Assembly (NCBI GenBank): GCA_963841755.1
Contig: CAWJDX010000009.1
Span: 10,880 to 74,879 of the forward strand
Origin: an uncultured Candidatus Rokubacteria bacterium
GTDB taxonomy: Bacteria; Methylomirabilota; Methylomirabilia; Rokubacteriales; CSP1-6
DNA length: 64,000 nucleotides
Direction of reading: 5' to 3'
Notes under the pieces: generated by a model
What the model was told of the DNA's origin: nothing
The model's database searches: none
What the model saw: the letters and a program-made list of their open reading frames with translations, nothing else
In this document: positions 19,436 through 29,013 of the stretch, one piece after another
Layout: every line of letters starts with the position of its first letter
Position numbering within the stretch: position 1 is the first letter of the stretch
Position numbers and translations under genes: made by a program

Positions 19436-20146
19436 ATGCGGAGCAGAGCCTGGGCGCTCGCTGTTCTCTGGCTGACGCTGGCGCTCGTCGCGCCCGGGCG
19501 CGTCGCCGCGCAGGCCGGCTCGCCGAGCACCGCGAGCCTGCTCGACTTCGTCACCTTCGACGGCATCGACTACATCCGCTTCCTGGACGAGCCCGGCCGG
19601 GCGCTGACTCGCGACGACCTCGGGATCGAGTTCGCGACCGTCGCCTGCTCGATCGGCGAGGACAACCGCACCTGCTCGTACGGCCTCGACGGCGGCGCCG
19701 CTTTCCTGCCCGCCGGCACGAAGGTGTACGCGGTGCGCGGCTACGCGACCGAGTTCCGGCTCGCCGCGGTGTGGCGGGATCACATCTACCTCTACCAGGC
19801 CTGGCGCAATCCGCGCGCGCGGGTCGGCGCGGCGCTCTTCGACATCGCGGGCAAGGTGCGCACCATCGAGGTGCGGATCGGCGAGCCGACCGCGGAGGCG
19901 CCCGGGACGCCGGCGGTGATCGCGGCGCGCGCGGACGTGGACGCGCTGGTCGACATGATCGGGCGCGGGACGGCCCGCCGGCCGCTCCCGCACGCGGTGG
20001 GCGAGACCCGCTACTGGCTCATCTTCTGGCTCGCGGACGGCACGACGCTCGGTCGCGCCTACTTCCCCGAGGCGAGCGAGCTGATGGGCGGCGTGATCGT
20101 GCCCGGCGAGTTCCGCGCCCTGCTCGACCGCTACCTGGCCCGATGA
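19436..20146 (+). CDS. Hypothetical exported protein
   Basis: Signal peptide MRSRAWALAVLWLTLALV..AAQ, followed by a globular region with genome-typical codons. Confidence 0.6.
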   Translation: MRSRAWALAVLWLTLALVAPGRVAAQAGSPSTASLLDFVTFDGIDYIRFLDEPGRALTRDDLGIEFATVACSIGEDNRTCSYGLDGGAAFLPAGTKVYAVRGYATEFRLAAVWRDHIYLYQAWRNPRARVGAALFDIAGKVRTIEVRIGEPTAEAPGTPAVIAARADVDALVDMIGRGTARRPLPHAVGETRYWLIFWLADGTTLGRAYFPEASELMGGVIVPGEFRALLDRYLAR

Positions 20147-20157
20147 AGGTCGAGGGT

Positions 20158-20186
20158 TTGTGCGATCGCCCGGCTTGCACTAGAAT
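20158..20186 (+). promoter_or_regulatory. Putative sigma70-type promoter for the SBP gene at 20202
   Basis: TTGTGC-17 nt-TAGAAT, ending 15 nt before the ATG. Confidence 0.45.
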
Positions 20187-20201
20187 GCGCTCCATCCAGG
20201 C

Positions 20202-21741
20202 ATGGCCCACCGGTCCTCCCTCGTCCGCCGGCTGATCCCCCTCCTCGGCGCCGCACTCTGGCTGGCCGTCGCCGGCCCCGCGGACGCCGCGCCCGGAGGG
20301 CACGCTGACGATCGCGATGCACTTCAGCCCGGTCACGCGCTGGCTCGATCCGGCCGAGGGCGAGAGCACGATCACGCCCTATCTCATGCTGGCCGCCCTG
20401 CACGACGGGCTGCTCCGGCCCACCGCGGGCCAGGCCTCCGCGCCGAGCCTGGCCGAGTCGTGGGCGATGGCGAAGGACATGACGAGCGCCGAGTTCACCC
20501 TGCGAAAGGCGAAGTTCCACAACGGGGACCCGGTGACCGCGGAGGACGTGAAGTTCTCCTTCGAGCGCTACCGCGGCGGCGCGGCCAAGGTGCTGAAGGA
20601 CGGCGTGAAGGAGATCCAGGTGCTCGCGCCGAACCGGGTGCGGTTCGTGTTCAAGGAGGCCTGGCCCGACTTCCCCGCGTTCTACGGCACGTTCGTGGCC
20701 AGCGCGGGCTGGGTGGTGCCGAAGAAGTACTTCGAGCGGGTCGGAGAGGAAGGCTATCGCAAGGCGCCGGTCGGGGCCGGGCCCTACAAGTTCGTGAGCT
20801 TCAACCCGGGCGTGGAGCTGGTCGTCGAGGCGTTCGACGGCTACTGGCGAAAGCAGCCGTCCATAAAAAGAATCGTCTTCCGCAGCCTGCCCGACGAGAC
20901 CACGCGCGCGGCCGCGCTCAAGAGCGGCGAGGTGGACCTGGCCATGCTGCTGAGCGGTCCCACCGCGCAGGAGATCAAGCGGACGCCGGGCCTGCGCCTG
21001 GCCGCGCCGCTGCTCGGCGTCTTCTGGCTCGACTTCCCCGACCAGTGGGATCCGAAGTCGCCCTGGGCGGACAAGCGCGTGCGGCAGGCCGCGAGCCTCG
21101 CGCTGGACCGCCAGGCCCTGAACGAGGCGGAGACGCTGGGGCTCTCGCGCCCGGTCGGGAACACCGTCCCGCGCGACTACGAGTTCGCGCTGCCGGTGGA
21201 GCCGCCTCCTTATAATCCCGCCCGCGCCCGCCAGCTCCTGGCCGAGGCCGGCTACCCGAACGGCTTCGACGCGGGCGAGCTGACCCCGTTCCCGCCCTAC
21301 AACTCGATGGGCGAGACCATCCAGGGGTGGCTCCAGGCGGTCGGCATCCGCACGCGCGTCCGCGCCATGGAGCGCGGGGCGTTCATGACGTCGTGGCGCG
21401 AGAAGAAGCTCCACGGGGTGGTTCTGACCATCAGCGGCGTCTCCGGCAACGCGGCCACCCGGCTCGAGTCGTTCGTCACCAAGGGCGGGGCGTTTTCCTT
21501 CGGCTCGCTGCCCGAGGTGGACGAGCTGTTCCGCCGGCAGGCCGGCGAGCTGGACCGCAAGAAGCGCGAGGCCCTGCTCCACCAGATCCAGCGCATCCTC
21601 CAGGAGCAGGTCATCCAGGCCCCGATCTACCATCTGGGCTTTCCGATCGGGGTGGGGCCCCGCGTGGACGACATCATGGCCACCGCCATCCCCGGTTTCT
21701 ACATGTCCCCCTACGAGGATCTGAAGCTCCGACGCCCCTGA
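20202..21741 (+). CDS. Orphan family-5 (peptide/nickel-type) ABC substrate-binding protein; frameshift near 20295
   Basis: FHNGDPVTAEDVKFSF, PVGAGPYKF and QWDPKSPW..RVRQA. One extra G separates the signal peptide from the rest. Confidence 0.88.
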
Positions 21742-21814
21742 CACGGCCCCGGCCGGTTGGGGTATCATGTCGGCCGGTGCATAGAGACCCTAGACCAGAG
21801 GTGACACCAGACTG

Positions 21815-22678
21815 ATGCGATACGAGGCGCCGGATTCGTTGGAAGGGGCGGTGGCCCTGCTGGCAGGGGCCCAGGGTGAGGCCCGGGTGCTGGCGGGGGG
21901 GACCGACCTCCTGGTCCAGATGCGGGCCGACGTGCTGGACCCCGAGCTGATCGTGGACATCAAGAAGATCAAGGAGACCCGGGCGGTTACCGAGGAGAAG
22001 GGCGGCTGGCGCATCGGCGCCGCGGTCACCGGGGCGGAGCTGAAGGAGCACGCGCGGCTCAAGAAGGCCTGGCCGGGCGTGGTCGAGGCCGCGAACCTCA
22101 TCGGGTCCACCCAGGTGCAGGGCCGCGCGACTCTGGGCGGCAACCTCTGCAACGGCTCGCCGGCGGCGGACAGCGTGCCCGCGCTCATCGCGGCGGGGGC
22201 GGTGGCCACCCTGATCGGGCCCAAGGGCAAGCGCGACCTCCCGGTGGAGGACGTCATGCTCGGGCCGCGCAAGCTGGCGCTGCAGAAGGGCGAGATCGTC
22301 GCCTCGTTCCTGCTGCCGCCCCGGGCGGCGCGGTCGAGCGACGCCTACCTGCGCTTCATCCCGCGGACGGAGATGGACATCGCGGTGGTGGGGGCGGGGG
22401 TAAGCTTGACGGTGGACGGCGCCGGCCTCATCACCGCGGCCCGCGTGTCGCTGGGCGCGGTGGCCGCGCGGGTGCTGCTGGTGGCGGAGGCGGCCCAGGC
22501 CATCGTGGGCAGCCGGCTCGACGCGCCGGCGCAGGAGCGGCTCGAGGCGGCGGCGCGGGCGACCTGCCGTCCCATCGACGACAAGCGGGGCACGGTGGAA
22601 TTCCGAATCCAGGTCGCGGGCGTGCTGGCACGCCGGGCGGCCCTGATCGCGCTGGACCGGGCGAGGAGCAACAACTGA
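21815..22678 (+). CDS. FAD-binding medium subunit of a xanthine-oxidase-family enzyme (CoxM-like)
   Basis: LAGGTDL, ATLGGNLCNGSPAADS and PIDDKRGT motifs. Confidence 0.92.
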   Translation: MRYEAPDSLEGAVALLAGAQGEARVLAGGTDLLVQMRADVLDPELIVDIKKIKETRAVTEEKGGWRIGAAVTGAELKEHARLKKAWPGVVEAANLIGSTQVQGRATLGGNLCNGSPAADSVPALIAAGAVATLIGPKGKRDLPVEDVMLGPRKLALQKGEIVASFLLPPRAARSSDAYLRFIPRTEMDIAVVGAGVSLTVDGAGLITAARVSLGAVAARVLLVAEAAQAIVGSRLDAPAQERLEAAARATCRPIDDKRGTVEFRIQVAGVLARRAALIALDRARSNN

Positions 22679-23154
22679 TGGCCAAGCACCACATCGAGGC
22701 GACGGTGAACGGAGACGCGGTCGAGTTCCTCTGCGAGACGGAGGACACGCTGCTCGACGTGCTGCGCGACACGCTCAACATGACCGGCAGCAAGGAAGGC
22801 TGCGCCTCCGGCGACTGCGGGGCGTGCAGCGTCATGCTGGACGGGCGGCTGGTCTGCTCCTGCCTGGTGCTGGGCTGCGAGGTCTCCGGCCGCAAGGTCG
22901 AGACCATCGAGGGCATGGCCAAGGGCGAGTCGCTGCACCCGCTGCAGCAGCAGTTCTTGAAGAGCGCCGCGCTCCAGTGCGGCATCTGCACCCCGGGCGT
23001 GCTGGTGGCCTCCAAGGCCCTGCTCGAGCGGTCGCCCGACCCGACGGAGACCGAGGTGCGCTACTGGCTGGCCGGCAACCTGTGCCGGTGCACGGGCTAT
23101 GACAAGATCGTGAGCGCGGTGATGGACGCGGCCGCGACTATGAGAAAGGGCTAA
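22678..23154 (+). CDS. (2Fe-2S) small subunit (CoxS-like)
   Basis: GCASGDCGACS..C, QCGICT and NLCRCTGY motifs. Confidence 0.93.
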   Translation: MAKHHIEATVNGDAVEFLCETEDTLLDVLRDTLNMTGSKEGCASGDCGACSVMLDGRLVCSCLVLGCEVSGRKVETIEGMAKGESLHPLQQQFLKSAALQCGICTPGVLVASKALLERSPDPTETEVRYWLAGNLCRCTGYDKIVSAVMDAAATMRKG

Positions 23155-23158
23155 CGCC

Positions 23159-25457
23159 ATGGCCGAGACGAACGGACACGCGAACGGACACACCAACGGG
23201 GGCTTTGTCGGCACGCGCCAGATCCGACCGGACGGGGTCGACAAGGTGACCGGGCGCGCCCGCTTCGGGGCCGACTTCAACCTGCCCGGCCAGCTCATCG
23301 GCCGCGTGCTGCGCAGCCCGCACCCGCACGCGCGTATCGTCTCGATCGACACCTCGAAGGCGGAGGCGCTGCCCGGGGTGAAAGCCGTCATCACCAGAGA
23401 AGACTTCGGCGATCAGCCGTCCGAGTTCATCCCGGCCGGCGAGATGATGATGAACTACAAGGACGTGGTGCGGAACGTGATGGCCCGCGAGAAGGTGCTC
23501 TACGAGGGCCACGCGGTGGCCGCGGTCGCCGCCACCACCACCGCCATCGCCCGGCGCGCGCTCAAGCTCATCGACGTGAAGTACGAGGTGCTCCCGCACG
23601 TGATCGACGTGGTCGAGGCCATGCGCCCCGACGCGCCCGCTGCTGCACGACGACCTCTTCACGGTGGGCGTCGAGCCCAAGCCCGAGAAGCCCTCCAACA
23701 TCGCCAAGCGGGTCGAGATCAAGGTGGGCGACGTGGAGGCCGGCTTCAAGAAGGCCGACCTGATCGTGGAGCGGGAGTTCAAGACCGCGCCGGTGCACCA
23801 GGGCTACATCGAGCCGCACGCGGCCCTGGCCACCGTGTCCGAGGACGGCGCCACCGAGCTGTGGACCACCACCCAGGGCCACTTCATCGTGCGCGCCCAC
23901 TGCGCGCGGCTGCTCGGCCTCGACATGGGCCAGGTCCGCGTGACCGCCACCGAGATCGGCGGCGGCTTCGGCGGCAAGACGGTGGTCTACCTCGAGCCGC
24001 TCGCCATCGCGCTGTCCCGGAAGGCCAAGCGGCCGGTCAAGATGGTGATGTCGCGCGAGGAGGTCTTCAAGTCCTCCGGTCCGACGTCGGGCGCGACGGT
24101 CCGGGTGAAGATGGGCGCCACCAAGGATGGCAAGTTCGTGGCCGGCTTCGCGGAGCTCAAGTACCAGGCGGGCGCCTTCCAGGGCTCGCCGGTGCAGCCC
24201 GGCACCATGTGCGCCTACGCCCCCTACGACATGGAGAACGTCCACGTCATCGGCTACGACGTGGTGTCGAACCGTCCCAAGGTGGCGGCCTATCGCGCTC
24301 CCGGCGCGCCGATCTCGGAGTACGCGGTCGAGAGCGTGGTGGACGAGATCGCCAAGAAGCTCGGCCTCGACCCCATCGAGCTGCGCATGATGAACGCGGC
24401 CCACGAGGGGACGAAGGCGGCCTACGGGCCGAAGTTCGGGCCCATCGGCCTCGAGGAGACGCTCAACTCGATCAAGAAGACCGAGCACTGGAACACCCCG
24501 CTGCGGAAGTGGCAGGGCCGCGGGGTGGCCTCCGGCTTCTGGTTCAACATCGGCGGCGAGACCTCGGTCTCGCTCACCGTGAACGAGGACGGCACCATCT
24601 CGCTGATGGCCGGCACCCCGGACATCGGCGGCCTGCGCGCCGCGCTCACCTCGGTGGTCGCCGACGAGCTGGGCGTCCCGTACGACAAGGTGCGGCCGAT
24701 CATCGGCGACACCGGGTCGGTCAGCTTCAACTTCCTCACCGGCGGCAGCCGCTCCGCGTTCTCGGGCTCGATGGCCATCGTGGAGGCGGCCAAGCAGATC
24801 AAGAACGAGCTGATCGCGCGGGCCTGCAAGCTGTGGGAGGCCAAGCCGGACCAGGTCGAGTTCAAGGACGGCGCGGTGCGGCCGCTCGGCGCGCTCGCCG
24901 AGAAGGTCAAGCCGATGACCATCGCGGAGTTCGCCAAGATCTCCGGCAAGCTCGGCGGCCCCATCGGCGGCGTCGGGCGCATCAACGCCCAGGGCGCGGG
25001 CCCGAGCTTCGGCACGCACCTGGTGGACCTCGAGGTGGATCCCGAGACCGGGCGGACCACGATCCTGCGCTACACGGTGGCCCAGGACGCGGGCCGGGCG
25101 CTGCATCCGGCCTACGTCGAGGGGCAGTTCCAGGGCGGGGCGGTGCAGGGCATCGGCTGGGCGCTCAACGAGGAGTACATCTACGGCGACGACGGCAAGC
25201 TCCAGAACGCGGGCTTCCTCGACTACCGCATGCCGGTGGCCTCGGACGTGCCGATGATCGACGCGATCCTGGTCGAGGTCGGCAACCCCAAGCATCCGTA
25301 CGGCGTGCGCGGCGTCGGGGAGACGCCGATCGTGCCGCCGCTCGGGGCCATCGCCAACGCCATGGAGAACGCCACCGGCATCCGGTTCACCGAGCTGCCG
25401 ATGTCGCCGCCCAAGGTGCTGAAGGCGCTCAAGGAGCAGGGCCGCAACAAGGCCTGA
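23159..25457 (+). CDS. Molybdopterin-binding large subunit, xanthine-oxidase family; frameshift near 23635
   Basis: DKVTGRA, GGGFGGK, AYRAPG loop, GQFQGG and GVGE. One extra C in gcgcccgc. Confidence 0.9.
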
Positions 25458-25467
25458 GAACCGACGC

Positions 25468-25713
25468 ATGGCGCGAGTGGTGCTGATCGGCAACCTCGCG
25501 CAGCTCACCGGGGGCGTCGCCGAGTTCCAGCTATCGGCGACGTCCGTGAAGCAGCTCTTCCAGCAGCTCGCCGAGCTGCACCCCGCCCTGGGCCCGCACC
25601 TCGAGGAGGGCGTCGCGGTGGCCATCGACGGGCAGATCTACCAGGACACGCTGTTCGAGCCGATCGGCCCCGACAGCGAGGTCTTCGTCCTCCCGCAGAT
25701 CGCGGGCGGGTAG
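25468..25713 (+). CDS. MoaD/ThiS-family ubiquitin-like sulfur carrier
   Basis: 81 aa, AVAIDG, C-terminal PQIAGG. Confidence 0.85.
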   Translation: MARVVLIGNLAQLTGGVAEFQLSATSVKQLFQQLAELHPALGPHLEEGVAVAIDGQIYQDTLFEPIGPDSEVFVLPQIAGG

Positions 25714-25769
25714 ACCACGGTCGGCCTCACACTCCGCCCTCTCCTCGCGCGGCGCTGAGGCTACCGGTT

Positions 25770-25797
25770 GAAAATGTCGGGATGTAAGACCTGACCC
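25770..25797 (-). repeat. REP/MITE-like family B copy (reverse orientation)
   Basis: gaaaatgtcgggatgtaagacctgaccc matches 35852-35879 with one mismatch. Confidence 0.85.
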
Positions 25798-25810
25798 AAC
25801 GGAGGCGTCA

Positions 25811-26329
25811 ATGGCACGGATGGAGCCGCTCGGGATTCACGAGGTCGACGACCAGATCCGGCACATGTGCGAGGAGTCGGAGCGCCAGATCGGCACCTCG
25901 GCCAGCACGCGCACGTACGCCCGCAACCCGATGGTGGTCAAGGCGCTCGCCGCCTTCCGCGGCACCCTGACCCGCGAGGGGACGATCGACCCGGTCGTCC
26001 TGGAGCTGGTGCGGATCAAGATCGCGGGGCTCAACGCCTGTCGCTACTGACTCAAGGCGCGCTATGCCGGGGCCCGGCATGCGGGAGCGACCGAGCAGAA
26101 GATCGCCGCGATCAACGACGAGACGTCCACGCTGCTGACCCCGAGGGAGCGGGCCGCGGTCCGCTTCGCCGAGAAGCTCGCGGTGGATCACCAGAAGGTC
26201 GACGACGAGCTGTGGGCCGAGGTGCGCGCCCAGTTCTCGGAGGCCGAGGTGATCGAGCTGGTGGCGCACACCACGCTCTACATCGGGTTCGGCCGGTTCA
26301 ACGAGATCGTGGGGATCGACCCGGCCTAG
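25811..26329 (+). CDS. AhpD/carboxymuconolactone decarboxylase-like selenoprotein (CxxU)
   Basis: In-frame TGA at 26048-26050 in NA-C-R-Y-U. The same frame continues 92 codons with CMD-like LTPRERAAVRFAE..FSEAEVIEL..GFGRFN to TAG. SECIS-like hairpin follows. Confidence 0.85.
26060..26083 (+). promoter_or_regulatory. Putative bacterial SECIS element
   Basis: CGC, bulged U, AUGCCGG-[GGC]-CCGGCAU, GCG. The loop starts 21 nt after the UGA. It uses codons (tat, cat, gga) that are uncommon in neighbouring genes. Confidence 0.7.
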
Positions 26330-26342
26330 CGGGATCCGGGCG

Positions 26343-27860
26343 ATGACGACCGGCCGGCGGCTCGTCATCGTCTTCGTGGTCGACGGCCTCCGGCCCGACT
26401 CCATCACCGCCGAGGACACGCCCACCCTCTTCCGCCTGCGCGCGGAGGGCGTGAGCTTCGCGGACAGCCACGCGGTCTTCCCCACCGTGACCCGCGTCAA
26501 CGCGGCCGCGCTCTCGACCGGGACCCAGCCGGGCACCAGCGGCCTCCTCGGCAACCAGCTCTACCTGCCGGCCGTCGATCCCCGGCGCGCGGTCGACACC
26601 GGCAACTACCGGAACCTCCTCGCGCTCGACCAGGCCACCGGCGGGCGGCTGCTCATGGCGCCCACGCTGGCCGAGCGGCTGCACGCGCGCGGGCACCGGC
26701 TGGTCGGGGTCAGCTCGGGCTCGACGGGCAGCGCGTTCCTCCTGAACCCGAAGGCGCCGTCCGGAGTCGGCGCGGTCGTGAACGGCTACTTCGATCCCGG
26801 CAAGACCGTCGCCTATCCGGCGCCGGTCAGCGAGGCCATCCTCTCGAAGTTCGGGCCCGCTCCGCCCAAGGCGCCGGGCGGGGCCCGCTACGACGCCTCG
26901 GTCACCTGGACGCAGCGGGTGCTGCGCGAGTACGTGCTGCCGGAGCTCGCGCCCGACGTGGTGATCAACTGGCTGACCGAGCCCGATCACAGCCAGCACC
27001 ACGTGGGCGTGGGCTCGCCCGACGCCCGCGAGGCGCTCCGTCACGACGACGCCGAGATCGCCTCCGTGCTGGCGAGCCTGGACGCGCTGGGCCTGGCCTC
27101 CCGCACCACCGTGCTGGTGGCCTCCGACCACGGGTTCAGCACGAACACCGGCGGAGTCGACGTGGTCGGCGCGCTCGTGGACGCGGGGCTGAAGGCGGCG
27201 CCCGACTCGACCGACGTGATCCTCGCGAGCAGCGGCCAGGCGGTCGCGCTGCACGTGGAGGATCACGACCCGGATCGCATCGCGCGCATCGCCCGGTTCA
27301 TCCAGGCGCAGGATTGGGGCGGGGTGATCTTCACCGCCGGGCGCGCGCCCGGCGAGGCGCGCGGCGCCGTCGACGGCACCTTCGCGCTCGAGCTGATCCA
27401 CGCCGCGAACCCCGAGCGCGGCGCCGACCTCGTCGCCACGTTCCCCTGGAGCTCGCAGCCGAACGCGCACGGGGTGGCGGGGACCGACCTGGCCTGCGTC
27501 AGCGGTGGCGCCCGGCTCTACGCGAGCGATCACGGCAGCATGAGCCCGTGGAACGTGCGCAACACGCTCTTCGCCTGGGGCGCGGGCGTCAAGCAGCGCA
27601 CGACGGTCCGGGTGGCGGCGGGCAACGTGGACGTGACGCCGACGATCCTCGCCCTACTCGGCGTCGACCAGGATCCCGGAGCCTCGACCGGGCTCGACGG
27701 CCGCGTGCTGGCCGAGGCGCTCGAGGGCGGCCCGGATCCCGAGCGGGTGGTGGCCGAGACGCGCGTGCACACCGCGGAGGCCGGCGCGTACCGCGCCGCG
27801 ATCCAGGTGTCCCACGTGGACGGGCGCCGCTACGTGGACAAGAGCTGGCGCGTCCGGTGA
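26343..27860 (+). CDS. Alkaline phosphatase superfamily / nucleotide pyrophosphatase-phosphodiesterase
   Basis: VVDGLRPD, FPTVTRVN (Thr nucleophile), EPDHSQH, VASDHG and SDHG. Confidence 0.85.
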   Translation: MTTGRRLVIVFVVDGLRPDSITAEDTPTLFRLRAEGVSFADSHAVFPTVTRVNAAALSTGTQPGTSGLLGNQLYLPAVDPRRAVDTGNYRNLLALDQATGGRLLMAPTLAERLHARGHRLVGVSSGSTGSAFLLNPKAPSGVGAVVNGYFDPGKTVAYPAPVSEAILSKFGPAPPKAPGGARYDASVTWTQRVLREYVLPELAPDVVINWLTEPDHSQHHVGVGSPDAREALRHDDAEIASVLASLDALGLASRTTVLVASDHGFSTNTGGVDVVGALVDAGLKAAPDSTDVILASSGQAVALHVEDHDPDRIARIARFIQAQDWGGVIFTAGRAPGEARGAVDGTFALELIHAANPERGADLVATFPWSSQPNAHGVAGTDLACVSGGARLYASDHGSMSPWNVRNTLFAWGAGVKQRTTVRVAAGNVDVTPTILALLGVDQDPGASTGLDGRVLAEALEGGPDPERVVAETRVHTAEAGAYRAAIQVSHVDGRRYVDKSWRVR

Positions 27861-27931
27861 CGTAGCCGCCGTGCGCGACCTCCCGGAGCCGACCGGGGAG
27901 GCCGCGCACGACGCTCGACGCCGAGGTCGGG

Positions 27932-28355
27932 TCAGACCCCGGTGTGCGTGTGGGTCGTGTGGCGAACTTCCTCCTTCCGGCGGCTCATCGACACGAAGGC
28001 GAACACGATCACGACCAGCAGCGCCGCCCCCACCATCAGGGCGATCGTGGGATTGACGCCCAGGAACGTACCGGGCTCACGCTCCACGATGCGCTCGGTC
28101 TTCTCGGTCCGGGTCTCGGTCTGCACGTTGCTCGACGGGGCCTGCTGCATCGCCGGCGGCTGCGACTGCGGCGTGCTGCTGCTGGGTGCGCTGCTGTCGG
28201 GTGCGGGCGCTGCCGGCTTCGGAGTCCGAGGGCGCGGCCGCGGGCGGAGCCGGCGCGGTCGGCTGCTGCGCGCTCGCATCGAAGGCCAGGCCCCCGATGA
28301 GAAGCGAAGTGAGAAGCAAGGTCAGGCAGAGTCCAATCGTCCGGTTGCGATTCAT
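27932..28355 (-). CDS. Small exported Pro/Ser/Gln-rich protein with C-terminal TM helix; frameshift near 28230
   Basis: Signal peptide MNRNRTIGLCLTLLL..ASAQ in one frame, low-complexity linker and TM (IALMVGAALLVVIVFAFVSM-SRRK) in another. SD aaggagg upstream. Confidence 0.55.
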
Positions 28356-28500
28356 GAGCGCGTCCTCCTTTGTCGCCACAGAGGAGGCAATGGCAATGCC
28401 AGCGGCGTTCCGCGCAAGATCAGACACTTGCGTCGGTGTGCAACGCCGGTGCGGCACTTTCACCCGGGTAGGGGTTACCCGGCCCGCGCTTGCCGGCCCG

Positions 28501-28961
28501 TCAGCGCTTCTCGGCGGGAGTCGAGGTGGCCGGCCCGATGCCCCAGACCTGGATGACGGTCTCCTCGTCCTTCGCGCCGTCGTAGTGCACCTTGCTCGCG
28601 TAGTGGATCACGTAGCTGCCCGCCGGCGCGGGCACGGTGGCGTCCGGATCGAACTTCTCGCCGGTGCCCATCCACCAGGTGCCGGAGATCACCACGAAGT
28701 GGCGGTCGTTCGGGTGGAAGTGCGGGCGGCTCATGTTGCCGGGCAGCCACTTGAGGCGGACGACGTACGGCCCCGGCTTGCCGGGATCGCCGAAGAGCAC
28801 CGCCTGCTCGTTGGTGCCCGCCGCGTTCCGCACCCACTTGATCTCGGCCGGCGTCTTGAAATCGACCGCGCTCCGGTCGATGTCGGGCGCTCCGAAGCCC
28901 GAGGGCACGATCAGCAACAGGGCCAGCACCGCGAGAGCCAGCACCCGGGTCGGCCGCTCAT
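28501..28961 (-). CDS. Exported cupin domain protein
   Basis: RPHFHPNDR and GSYVIH..KVHYDG motifs. The SD-led ATG at 28961 is out of frame with GTG 28944, implying a 1-nt error. Confidence 0.75.
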
Positions 28962-29013
28962 ACCGCCTCCTTCAGTGATATGGGAGTTGAAGTGAGGGTA
29001 TGATGCGCCAGTC

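Noticed and set aside
21815-25457. coxMSL as aerobic CO dehydrogenase
   Set aside because: The loop is AYRAPG, not form I AYxCSFR or form II AYxGAGR, and no coxDEFG genes are present.
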